This document shows positions 51,301-60,500 of a stretch of DNA of 64,000 nucleotides, in pieces. The notes beneath the pieces are model-generated. The model was not told the DNA's origin, ran no database searches, and worked only from the letters and a program-made list of their open reading frames with translations. Positions within the stretch are counted from its first letter, which is position 1. Each line of letters opens with the position of its first letter. Position numbers and translations under genes: made by a program. The stretch comes from an uncultured bacterium (GTDB lineage Bacteria > Fidelibacterota > UBA2242): assembly GCA_964605705.1 (NCBI GenBank), contig CAZSDW010000010.1:28879-92878 (forward strand), written 5' to 3'.

Positions 51301-52724
51301 ATGCTTTACGGGAAAATGAGGCGAAATTCCGGGAGATTTTCGAATTTGCCGGCGAGGGAATCATCTATGTAAGCCCGCAAGGGCAGATTCTGGAAGTGAA
51401 CCAGTCGCTCCTGAAAATCGTAAACCTGGATTACAAGGAAGTGGTCGGACTGAACGTCACGAAGCTGGCAAAAAAACTGCTGAGATTACAGGACAGCAAA
51501 TGGATCCTGCCACTGGTCACTAAAGCGCTGAGCGGCAAGAAAATCAAAAACTTTGAAATCGAATTCAGGAACCGGATTCTGGAAATCGGCGCTTCCTACA
51601 ATAAAAAATCCGGTTGCACCACCGGGATACTCCGGGATATTACCGAGCGGAGGCAGATGGAAAATCAAATCCGGAAAAGTGAAAAACAGTACCACCATCT
51701 GTTCGACAGCATGCTGGACGCTTTTGCCCTGCATGAAATGATTTACGACAATAACGGTAAACCGGTGGATTACCGGTTCATCACCGTCAACTCCGCCTTT
51801 GAGAAATCGACCGGACTCAAAAAAGAACAACTGATTGGAAAAACTGTCCTGGAAATCATGCCCGGCACCGAGTCATATTGGATTAGAATCTACGGAGAGG
51901 TCGTTCGTACCGGAAATCCGAAACAGTTTGAAAATTATTCACGGGAATTAAACCGGTATTATGAAGGCGTTGCCTACTCGCCGGAGTCGGGTAAATTCGC
52001 CACCATTTTCCAGGATGTAACGGAGCGGATATTGGCGACAAAAAAACTCCGTGTCAGCGAAGAACGCCTCCGGGCACTGGCAACCCATTTACAGAATATT
52101 CGCGAGGATGAACGCAAAGCCATTGCCCGGGAAATCCATGATGAAATCGCCCAGATTATGACTGCCCTGAAAATCGATCTGTCAATCCTGGGTTCCAATT
52201 TATCCGATAGCTACCCGGAAATATCCGCTCAATACGGACCCGATATCCAGCTGATGAAAGACCTGATTGATACGACTATCAAAAAGATTCGGGACATGAT
52301 TCAGCGCCTGCGCCCCGAGGCTCTGGATTCCATGGGATTGATTGAAGCAATGCGCTGGTCTATGAATGAAATGACCCGGGACAGCCAACTCACCGGACAC
52401 TTCAGAAGTTATCTCAAGCAACTGGATCTGGCTGGCGATCAGGCACTGGCATTTTATCGTATTTTTCAGGAAGCTGTTACCAATACAATCCGGCATGCTG
52501 CCGCCGCAAATATCCATGCCTCGCTCAGTAAAAGGAACCGGCAGTTGATTTTAAAGATCAATGATGACGGAATTGGGCTTGATCTTGAGAAAATAAACAA
52601 ACGTGACAGCTATGGCTTGACCGGAATGCGCGAACGGGCGCTATCTCTCAACGGAACGCTCAGGATTGAGAGCCAACCAGGGAAAGGCACTACAATAATT
52701 CTAACGGTTCCGCTCAACGAATAG
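48345..52724 (+). CDS. multi-PAS (9) sensor histidine kinase, HisKA_3/NarX type
   Basis: N-terminal HELRVHQIEMEMQNEQL coil; AREIHDEIAQ H-box; NTIRHA, DDGIG, GLTGMRER; ATGA-coupled to cheBR; internal ATLNILED. Confidence 0.92.
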   Translation: MKNKSNPSSDKTNLRQQAEKKLGGKTDQVQDFAKMSPDEIARTVHELRVHQIEMEMQNEQLRQTQMELEQTRDKYSDLYDFAPVGYCTLSEKGTITECNLTLCSLLNIDRSSLVGKHFSAFIHPEDHDNYYRFWNHLQKENSAQQSQFRMQQKNGNRFFTDLHAMVIPESETEKRHMRLAVTNISSQRAADDALHQERDLLKDITDTSPVGITVVDTVGQITFANAEAEKILGLEKESITSRRYNDPLWKITDYSGNPFPNEQLPFAVVKKTLKPTYNIQHAIQWLDGQRTLLSINAMPRFDESGHFQGMVAAIQDVTEKIRTERALNREMELAQHYLNIAGTLFVAIDKNQIVTMINPKACEILGYPENEIIGKNWFDHFVPKGNRKDVKKVFDKIIAGQLTPVEFYENPVLTKSGKERLITWHNSLLYDDNGSIGGILSSGEDITRHYESQEKLLEQFQFQQTLINTIPSPVFYKDNQGKYTGCNKAFSNFIGLPQEKILGKTAYDIVPGEFADFYHKKDLELIEHPGIQHYEWKVKSADGNIRNAIFDKATLYGANKQPAGMIGIISDITELKQAEQEIRESHSATLNILEDFNREFNIRKRTEAALKKSDERFNLAMQATSDGIWDWNLISNAIYYSPGWKSMLGYADDEIKNEFSEWERLTDPEDLEKTWQMLDEHISGKRDRFEIEFKMRHKDGHWVDILSRANAVFDQNGKAIRLIGTHVDISERKNLEQQIRDAYNFNQLIIDTSPVGVWIYDETGQTIMINPAGVALSGGDYDLLIRMNWRKLESWKKTGLFDAAEEVLKTGKMVKKEIHAVNTVNTEVWYEALLLSVQFKGKKHLLMMTYDVKEQRIAGRALRESEERFRQLFDNMQNGVAIYTPVDDGKEFIFKDINKAGEKLSQVKKEAIVGKKLLDIFPGAAAYGLIDAFHQTVKTGKPAHVDLKMYQDQRMSQWVENTVYALPSGEVVAIYEDTSERHRYLDALRENEAKFREIFEFAGEGIIYVSPQGQILEVNQSLLKIVNLDYKEVVGLNVTKLAKKLLRLQDSKWILPLVTKALSGKKIKNFEIEFRNRILEIGASYNKKSGCTTGILRDITERRQMENQIRKSEKQYHHLFDSMLDAFALHEMIYDNNGKPVDYRFITVNSAFEKSTGLKKEQLIGKTVLEIMPGTESYWIRIYGEVVRTGNPKQFENYSRELNRYYEGVAYSPESGKFATIFQDVTERILATKKLRVSEERLRALATHLQNIREDERKAIAREIHDEIAQIMTALKIDLSILGSNLSDSYPEISAQYGPDIQLMKDLIDTTIKKIRDMIQRLRPEALDSMGLIEAMRWSMNEMTRDSQLTGHFRSYLKQLDLAGDQALAFYRIFQEAVTNTIRHAAAANIHASLSKRNRQLILKINDDGIGLDLEKINKRDSYGLTGMRERALSLNGTLRIESQPGKGTTIILTVPLNE

Positions 52725-52799
52725 CGCTCGGAAATAAGAATTGGGAATTTACCCGGTGTTTATTAAAATAACGTGAGTTCGATCTAAAACAATGCTAAG

Positions 52800-52898
52800 G
52801 AAATTACCAATGGAAACTGTTAAAACAGTTGAATTCTTAGTAAAAATTAGGTGCATCCCCCGAATTCTCCTACAGGAGTCCCTGCTGGGAAATTCGGG
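52800..52898 (+). repeat. 99-bp structured repeat, copy 2
   Basis: 95/99 identity to the reverse complement of 45254-45352; CCCCCGAATT/AATTCGGGGG 10-bp hairpin (52857-52900). Confidence 0.9.
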
Positions 52899-53030
52899 GG
52901 CTATCCCAAAATATCCAAACTCAGGAAACCGTTTCAACGGTTTTTTATCTATCCGGAGAGACAGTGATTGGTTAAATCGAACTCACATTAAAATACCTTA
53001 TAATCAGCAAACCAGGCAAGGAATTGCAGT

Positions 53031-53666
53031 ATGATTACCATATTAATTGCCGATGATCACAGCCTGATCCGGGAAGGATTCAAAAAAATTCTCAGCCGCG
53101 AGACGGATATCAGCGTTATCGGAGAAGCTCAAAATGCCAGTGAGGTAATGGACTTCTTGCAGAACAAGCATTGTGATATTCTTGTGCTGGATATAACCAT
53201 GCCCGGGAAAAGCGGACTGGATATATTGGCGGATATCAAGATTCAGTATCCCGATATCAACGTTCTGGTCCTCAGTATGCATGCCGAAGAGTACTATGCC
53301 CTGCGAGCCTTAAAAGCCGGCGCAAAAGGGTATCTGACCAAGGAAAGCGCACCGGACGAGCTGCTCAAAGCCATCCGAAAAATCGATTCCGGACGGATGT
53401 ACCTCAGCCAGGATGTGGCGGAGCAGCTGGCTTACAACCTGGGTGATAAAACCGATAAACTGCCCCATGAAAATCTTTCCAATCGTGAATTCCAGGTCCT
53501 GAATCTCATCGCGAATGGACGATCGATTTTAGATATCAGCAATGAACTCTCGATCAGCGCCAGCACCGTCAGCACCTACCGTCAGCGGATCATGGAAAAA
53601 CTAAACCTTCACAGTACTGCCGATATCATTCTGTATGCCGTCAATAATCATCTGCTGGATGATTAA
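53031..53666 (+). CDS. NarL/UvrY-family response regulator (REC + LuxR HTH)
   Basis: ADDH, LDITMPG, YLTK, LSNREFQVL...STYRQRIMEKL. Confidence 0.93.
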   Translation: MITILIADDHSLIREGFKKILSRETDISVIGEAQNASEVMDFLQNKHCDILVLDITMPGKSGLDILADIKIQYPDINVLVLSMHAEEYYALRALKAGAKGYLTKESAPDELLKAIRKIDSGRMYLSQDVAEQLAYNLGDKTDKLPHENLSNREFQVLNLIANGRSILDISNELSISASTVSTYRQRIMEKLNLHSTADIILYAVNNHLLDD

Positions 53667-53828
53667 TGGACAAAGTTATGATAAAATCGCTTCAGTCGTG
53701 GGCGTTGTGGGGATTCAGCTACAGGCGTGTAGCCAAATGGCGACAGAAAAATTACAATATTTACGACAGAATTACCTATAAATCTTTCATATACTGCTAA
53801 TGGTCCGGGCATTCGGGGGCAACCAATC

Positions 53829-54185
53829 ATGCAAGTGTTTATAGTTGACGACTCAGAAATATTACGCAATAGTCTGAAACGGCTGCTTAAATCCGTTGAA
53901 AAATGCCGGATTTGCGGCGAAGCCGCCCGTGTATCCGAGGCTGTCCCGGCAATCCTCGAATCAAAACCCGACGTTGTGATCCTCGACGTGCAACTCGCCG
54001 ATGGTCTGGGTTTTGACGTTTTCGACGAAGTTAGCAAGTCCGGCTTCAGACCCGTCTATCTCACTCTGACGAATTACCCAACTCCCTACTATAAAAAATT
54101 GTGTAAAGACCGGCAAATTCCCTACTTTTTTGACAAGACCACGGATTTCAATAAGGTCGTCAGCACCTTAAAATCCTTCAATTAA
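53829..54185 (+). CDS. single-domain response regulator
   Basis: IVDDS, ILDVQL (phospho-Asp), LT, FDK. Confidence 0.85.
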   Translation: MQVFIVDDSEILRNSLKRLLKSVEKCRICGEAARVSEAVPAILESKPDVVILDVQLADGLGFDVFDEVSKSGFRPVYLTLTNYPTPYYKKLCKDRQIPYFFDKTTDFNKVVSTLKSFN

Positions 54186-54441
54186 ACCGAAATTACAGCA
54201 GCTTCGTTTACAGAATACCAGCCTTCCATAAAATCTTCCGGTAGTCATTAGTGACGTCTGTAGATCAATCACTACGGGAACATCGCCAATAATCGACACA
54301 AAAATCGTTAGTTCTACTATAGTACGATACCTGCAGGGCTAATAGTTTATCGCTGCAATATGATTGGGATTTGAAATGAATAAAAACAACCAACAATCCG
54401 ACAGACTTATCAGTAAAGGCAAAAGGCAAAGGGAAACAGCT

Positions 54442-54813
54442 ATGAAGATTCTCATCGTTGACGACTCAAAAATCATTTATGATCGTCTTCAAAAACTCGT
54501 TGTGCGTCAACTTGATAAAAATGACAGTATCACTAACTTGGCGGAACTCGACAATCTCCTGATGGATGTTTACCATATGTCGCCCGATGTCCTGATTTTG
54601 AACACCTATTCCCTGCGGGGCACCCTGATCGAATCAATCCGGGCTATTAAAACCATTAAGCCTCTGACAAAAATCATTTCTCTGACTGAGTTTTATGATG
54701 AAACCTTTGAGACACTCCTGAAAAATGCCGGTTCGGATTTCTTTATTGACATTTCCTCCGGGATTGAAAGTGTCCCGGACATTCTAAACAGTTTTAAAAA
54801 TCAGTCCAATTGA
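54442..54813 (+). CDS. atypical (pseudo-)receiver domain protein
   Basis: MKILIVDDS start, but ILNTY replaces ILD and FIDI replaces FxxK; start 54442 (track 54364). Confidence 0.7.
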   Translation: MKILIVDDSKIIYDRLQKLVVRQLDKNDSITNLAELDNLLMDVYHMSPDVLILNTYSLRGTLIESIRAIKTIKPLTKIISLTEFYDETFETLLKNAGSDFFIDISSGIESVPDILNSFKNQSN

Positions 54814-55009
54814 AATGTCAATCGAACACGACATATTTAAATTAAGCGAAATATCTTTCACTTTTTCAAGGTCGCATGTACACATTTATTAGAAAAATGG
54901 TTCAGATACAAATGTTGAGAGACGGCTTTTTATTTTTAATTGGCTGATCTCCTTACGATCGGCTTGTTTTAATATTTGTCAGGCTAAAAATGGTTAAAAC
55001 GGGGGGTCT

Positions 55010-58000
55010 ATGTCGCGATCTTCTCAATCTCAAAGCGGTGAATCAAAGCAACTATCCGAAAAACTGAAAGTCAGTGAAGAGCGCTTTCAAAAACTCTATA
55101 TGACAATGACCGAGGGGCTTTGTCTGCATGAAATGATTTACGATGAGCAGGGGCAGGCAGTGAACTACAGAATCCTCGATGTCAATCCGGCTTACGAACA
55201 GATCATCGGTGTTCAGCGGGATACCATCGTTGGCAAAACCGCGACCGAAGCCTACGGTACCGATACAGCGCCCTATCTTGAAGGATATGCCAAAGTAGCC
55301 AAAACCGGTAAATCCTTCAGTTTCGAAACCTACTTTCCCCCCATGGAAAAACATTTTCGGATCAATGTTTTCCGTCCGCAGAAAAACCAGTTCGCCACTG
55401 TTTTCGAAGATGTCACCGAAAGAAAACACAGTGAGGAACAGATCGCCATTTTCAAACAGTTTGCCGAAGCCTCAAACCAGGGATTCGGAATGGCAGATTT
55501 GAATGGAACTACTCTGTATGTCAATCCGGCACTATGCGAGATGCTTGCAATCAGTCCCGATGAAATTCTTGGCAAATCATTCGCGCCTTTCTACACCGAG
55601 GCTGACCAGCAGAAAATCCAGGACGTCGTTATTCCCGCAATCCTCAAAACCGGCAAATGGGAAGGGGAATTGCAGTTCAAATCAAAAAATGGACGGAATG
55701 TTATTACATCGGAAAGTTATTTTCTGATCAAAGACGAAAATGGCAATCCCCGCTTTATCGCCGATGTAATTTCCGACGTGACCGCTAAAAAAGAAAAAGA
55801 GCTGAGACAGTTTCAAATAGCTGCCCTGGAAAAACAGGCTGCCATTATCGATGCCATTACGGACGCCGTCGTTGTTCTGGATATGAATGGCGTTCATCAA
55901 TCGGTGAATCCTTCTTTTCTTAAATTAACCCAATGCAGTAAAAAAAGAACTGATCGGCTCCAATATTGCTGAATTATTACCAAAAATAATTGCCGCTGAC
56001 GATCTTCAAAATATTCTGACGAATTTAAAAGGAATGACGTCAGGAAAAGACCCTTCCCCGCTTACCTTTACATTCATCCGAAAAGACGGCAGTCAAATTC
56101 CTGTCTCCCTGAAAATCAATTATCTGCTCGACAAGAATGGAAACCCGCAAAATATTATCGGCAGTTTTCATGATATCAGCGATATCCTGCAGGTGGAAAG
56201 AGAACTGGACCAGATGTTCAATCTGGGAACCCCGGTATGTCTGATCGGCAAGGATTATCAAATGCTGCGGGTGAATGACAACTTCTGTTCCTATTTTGGC
56301 ATGAAACGGGAAGATGTCGTCGGTAAAATCTGTTATGAAATCTGGCAGGAAACGGTTTGTAATACTCCCGATTGCATGCTGCAACAAATTTTATCCGGTA
56401 AAGACCGTGACAATTATGATGTTACCGAAAAAATGTTGCCGGATGGCAGAGTCATATCCTGCCGGGTGCAGGCATTCGCTTATAAAGATATCAACGGTAA
56501 TGTCATCGGTGTCGTCGAAAGTTTTCAGGATATAACAGACCTTAAAAACACTGAAAAAGTTCTGCTTGTAAACGAGGCAAAATTCCGGAGTGTTTTCGAA
56601 AACTCGCCATTGGGTAAATCAATGACCGGTATCGACGGCAGCCTGAATATGAATAAACGGTTCTGTGAAATCCTGGGATACAGTGACGAAGAATTGCGAA
56701 AAAAAGCATGGCAAGAGATTACCTATCCCGATGATATTCAGGAAAGTACGGATATCATTCAGTCATTAATTGACGGAAAAAGAACCCACGCCCACTATGA
56801 AAAACGATATCTCCATAAAAACGGTCAAATCGTATGGACGGATATCAACACAACCCTCCAGCGGGATAAAAACGGAAAGCCGCTCTATTTCATTACAACT
56901 GTTGCAGACATTACCAATCGTAAAAAAGACGATATCGAATTATATAATTCCCGCCAGATGCTGCGCCTGGTTCTGGACAACATTCCCCAGCGGGTTTTCT
57001 GGAAGGATATCAACTTAAATTATCTTGGCTGCAACCAGGCGTTTGCCCAGGACGCTCATTTAGACAGTCCCGATGGCATCATCGGAAAAGATGATTATCA
57101 ATTATCCTGGAAGGATACCGCGGAACTGTACCGTTCCGACGATCAGGAAGTGATCCGCACCAATACTCCCAAAATTGGCTTCGAAGAACCCCAGAGCCTG
57201 CCCGAAGGCGGTCAGCTCTGGCTGCGCACCAACAAAATTCCGCTTCAGGATATGAACGGTAAAGTCATTGGTGTGCTGGGAACGTATGAAGATATCACTC
57301 TTCAGCGTGAAGCCGAAGAAAAAATCCGGCTCAGCGAACAGAAATTCCGGACACTGTTTGAAGCGGAACCCGATGCCATTATGACTGCCGATCCGGCAAC
57401 CGGCTTATTATTGGAAGTGAACAAAGCCGCCACCCGGCTTTTCGGGCGTCCGGCAGAAAAGCTGGTCGGATTACATCAAACCGAGCTGCATCCACCGGAA
57501 ATGCGCGACAATATAATCAAAAAATTCAGGGAAATCACAATCGAAGGCTCCACTAAGCCACATGAAATTCTGGTCCAGAATGCGGACGGAAAAATCATTC
57601 CGGCAGAAGTGGTCGGCTCGGTTGCCGAACTGGGCGGTAAACCCGTCGCCATCGGCATTTTCCGGGATATTACTGATCGTAAAAAAACAGAGCAAGAAAT
57701 CCTTCGGGAAAAGAAAATCACGGATTCAACTATTGATGCTGTTCCGGGAATCTTTTATCAGATTTCACCGGAAGGACGCTTTGTTCGCTGGAACAATCAA
57801 TTCGAAAGTATCAGTCAATACTCCAGTGAAGAAATTGGCAAAATGCATCCCCTGGATCTCTTTAATGAACCGGAAAAGGAAAAAGTCGGATCAGCCATTC
57901 AAAAAGTGTTTACCGATGGATATGCCGACGTGGAAGCAGATTTCATCGCCAAAGACGGAACCGCGACGCCGCACCTGTTCACCGGCAAACTTTTTATAAT

Positions 58001-58223
58001 TGAAAATGAACCTTACCTGATCGGCATGGGCATGGATATCAGCGATCTCAAACGGATCGAGACCAACCTGCGCAAAAGCAACGCTGAACTGGAAGCCTTT
58101 AATAAAATGGCGGTTGGCAGGGAAAAACGGATGATCGAATTGAAACGAATGATTAATGAACTGTCAGAGAAATTGGGTGAAAATCCACCTTATGACATGA
58201 CCTTTTCGGAAGAAATGCTTTGA
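55010..58223 (+). pseudogene. multi-PAS (8) protein with GREKRMIELK tail, split by +1 frameshift in an A7 run
   Basis: deleting one A at 55940-55946 gives SKKELIGSNIAELLP... in frame with ORF 56034-58223 (about 1070 aa); no kinase domain. Confidence 0.8.
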
Positions 58224-59617
58224 AAATACCGGGAGATCATCTATTCATGAACTACCACATTAAAGACATAATCGATCTCGACAAGATGCAAGCACTTTTG
58301 CAGAAATTCACAGACGCTACCGGAACCAGCTCGGCATTAATCGATCTCGAAGGTAATATACTAGCCACATCAAAGTGGCAAGATATCTGCGCTCAATTTC
58401 ACAGAGTTCATCCCGAAATGAAAAAAAGATGTATTGAGTCCGATGTGACTCTGGCTAATCAGATCAGTCAAGGTCAAAAATATAACGTTTATCATTGTCT
58501 GAACGGCATGGTGGACGCCGCTGTTCCCCTCTATATTGATCAAAAGCACGTAGCTAATTTATTTATCGGTCAGTTTTTATCGGAAGAACCCGACATCAGA
58601 TTCTTCCGCAAGCAATCAAAAGACTTTGGATTTAATACAGAAGATTATCTGACGGCACTTTCGAAAGTACCGGTCATACTAGATGACGAAGTCAAATACA
58701 GAATGGAATTTTTAGCAGACCTGGCATCTTTCTTTGGAGAAGCCGGATTGACTAAACTGAACCTGCAAAAACTGATGGCTGAACAGGAACACCGGATTGA
58801 AGAGCGTACCCGGGACCTGAAAGACGCCCAGGTTGCCACGCTGAATATGATGCAGGACGCCGAAGAAGCCCGCCATGACGCCGAAAAAGCCAATGAAAAT
58901 TTGAAAATATTGATGGCGGAGCTGAAACGCTCCAATGAAGAACTGGAACAGTTCGCCTATGTCGCTTCCCATGACCTGCAGGAACCGTTGCGGATGGTTT
59001 CCAGCTATACCCAACTCATTGAACGGCGTTACAAGGATAAACTTGACCAGGACGGGCATGATTTTATCGAATTTGCCGTCGATGGCGCCAACCGCATGCA
59101 ACGGCTGATCAATGACCTGCTGACCTTCAGCCGGGTGACGACACGCGGGAAAGAATTCAATTTTACTGATTTGAATTCTGTGCTGGGTCAGGCAATCGCC
59201 AATCTGCAACAGCGCATTGATGAGACCCATGCCGTAATAATCAATGATGAGCTGCCCAATCTGCCAATCGACGAAGGACAAATTACCCGCCTGTTTCAGA
59301 ACTTACTGGACAATGCTACCAAATTTCACGGCAAGGAAGCTCCCCGGCTTCACATTACCGCCAAAGAACAGGAAAAGGATTGGCTGTTCTGTTTCCGGGA
59401 TAATGGCATCGGCATTGATCCGGGATACAAGGATCGTATTTTTATTATTTTTCAACGGCTGCATGCCAAAAGTGATTTCCCCGGAACCGGCATCGGTCTG
59501 GCGCTCTGCAAGCGCATTGTCGAACGCCACGGTGGTAAAATCTGGGTGGAATCGGAACCGGGCAAGGGCGCGGCATTTTGTTTCACAATACCCAAAAGGG
59601 AGAATATAGGAGAATGA
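58220..59617 (+). CDS. PocR-domain sensor histidine kinase (Cph1-like HisKA/HATPase)
   Basis: PocR pattern [10 protein letters not shown]...RCIESD...HCLNGMVD; ATLNMMQD coil; [13 protein letters not shown]-box; DNGIG, GTGIGL; start TTG 58220 or ATG 58247. Confidence 0.9.
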   Translation: MKIPGDHLFMNYHIKDIIDLDKMQALLQKFTDATGTSSALIDLEGNILATSKWQDICAQFHRVHPEMKKRCIESDVTLANQISQGQKYNVYHCLNGMVDAAVPLYIDQKHVANLFIGQFLSEEPDIRFFRKQSKDFGFNTEDYLTALSKVPVILDDEVKYRMEFLADLASFFGEAGLTKLNLQKLMAEQEHRIEERTRDLKDAQVATLNMMQDAEEARHDAEKANENLKILMAELKRSNEELEQFAYVASHDLQEPLRMVSSYTQLIERRYKDKLDQDGHDFIEFAVDGANRMQRLINDLLTFSRVTTRGKEFNFTDLNSVLGQAIANLQQRIDETHAVIINDELPNLPIDEGQITRLFQNLLDNATKFHGKEAPRLHITAKEQEKDWLFCFRDNGIGIDPGYKDRIFIIFQRLHAKSDFPGTGIGLALCKRIVERHGGKIWVESEPGKGAAFCFTIPKRENIGE

Positions 59618-59622
59618 GTGAT

Positions 59623-60057
59623 ATGTTTGCACATTTGATTGAGATTTTATTAGTCGAAGACAATCCGGGTGACGCCCGGCTGGCGAAGGAAGCCCTGAGA
59701 GAAAGCAAGATTAAAAACAACCTGCACAGCGTCGGTGATGGTGTGGAAGCCATGGCATTTCTGCGAAAAGAGGACAAGTATAAAGATATGCCGACGCCGG
59801 ACCTGCTGCTGCTGGACCTGAATCTGCCCCGAAAGGATGGTCGCGAAGTGCTGGCGGAAATCAAAGAGGATAAGGACTTAAAACGGATTCCCGTAGTTAT
59901 CCTGACCGTTTCCAAAGCCGAAGAAGATATTCTGAAAACTTATGATCTCCATGCGAATTGTTATATTACCAAGCCCCTGGATCTGGACCAGTTTATGAAA
60001 GTGGTAAAAAGCATCGAAGATTTCTGGCTGAGTATCGTCAAACTGCCGCCTAAATAA
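59623..60057 (+). CDS. Rcp1-like single-domain response regulator 1
   Basis: [40 protein letters not shown]; start 59614 or 59623. Confidence 0.92.
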   Translation: MFAHLIEILLVEDNPGDARLAKEALRESKIKNNLHSVGDGVEAMAFLRKEDKYKDMPTPDLLLLDLNLPRKDGREVLAEIKEDKDLKRIPVVILTVSKAEEDILKTYDLHANCYITKPLDLDQFMKVVKSIEDFWLSIVKLPPK

Positions 60058-60070
60058 AAAGGAATTAATC

Positions 60071-60496
60071 ATGATCACCAGTGAGGAAATCAACATTCTT
60101 TTAATTGAAGATAATGACGGCGATATTCGGCTGATCAGAGAAGCCTTGGGCGAACTTGACCTGTCCCTGACACTGACGGTATCGAAAGACGGCGATGCCG
60201 CCTCCGAAAAATTACACTCCGGCAAACAACTCGATTTTATTATCCTCGATCTGAACATCCCCGGCAAAAACGGGCGCGAGATGTTAGAAGAAATCAAGGC
60301 TGATTCCAATCTGAAGTATATCCCCGTCGTAATACTCAGTTCATCGGATTCTGAAGACGATATCTTCCACGCATATCAGGCTCATGCCAATTGTTTTATT
60401 CAAAAGTCAATCAGCCTGGAACTCTTTACAAACACCATTCAAACTATGGCAAATTTCTGGTTTAAAATTGTGAAACTTCCTACAAAAATTATTTAG
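60071..60496 (+). CDS. Rcp1-like single-domain response regulator 2
   Basis: LLIEDNDGDIRL, LDLNIPGKNGREML, FIQKS, FWFKIVKLP. Confidence 0.9.
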   Translation: MITSEEINILLIEDNDGDIRLIREALGELDLSLTLTVSKDGDAASEKLHSGKQLDFIILDLNIPGKNGREMLEEIKADSNLKYIPVVILSSSDSEDDIFHAYQAHANCFIQKSISLELFTNTIQTMANFWFKIVKLPTKII

Positions 60497-60500
60497 CAAA

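Noticed and set aside
45418-53666. Chemotaxis operon
   Set aside because: No MCP, CheA, CheW or motility genes in the window; the partner kinase is HisKA_3 type
55937-55950. Programmed -1 frameshift at an A_AAA_AAG-like site
   Set aside because: The in-frame codons are AAA AAA AGA and a +1 shift is needed, so the classic -1 mechanism does not fit
58220-60496. Bacteriophytochrome photoreceptor
   Set aside because: No PAS-GAF-PHY module or bilin-binding Cys motif; the input domain is PocR-like
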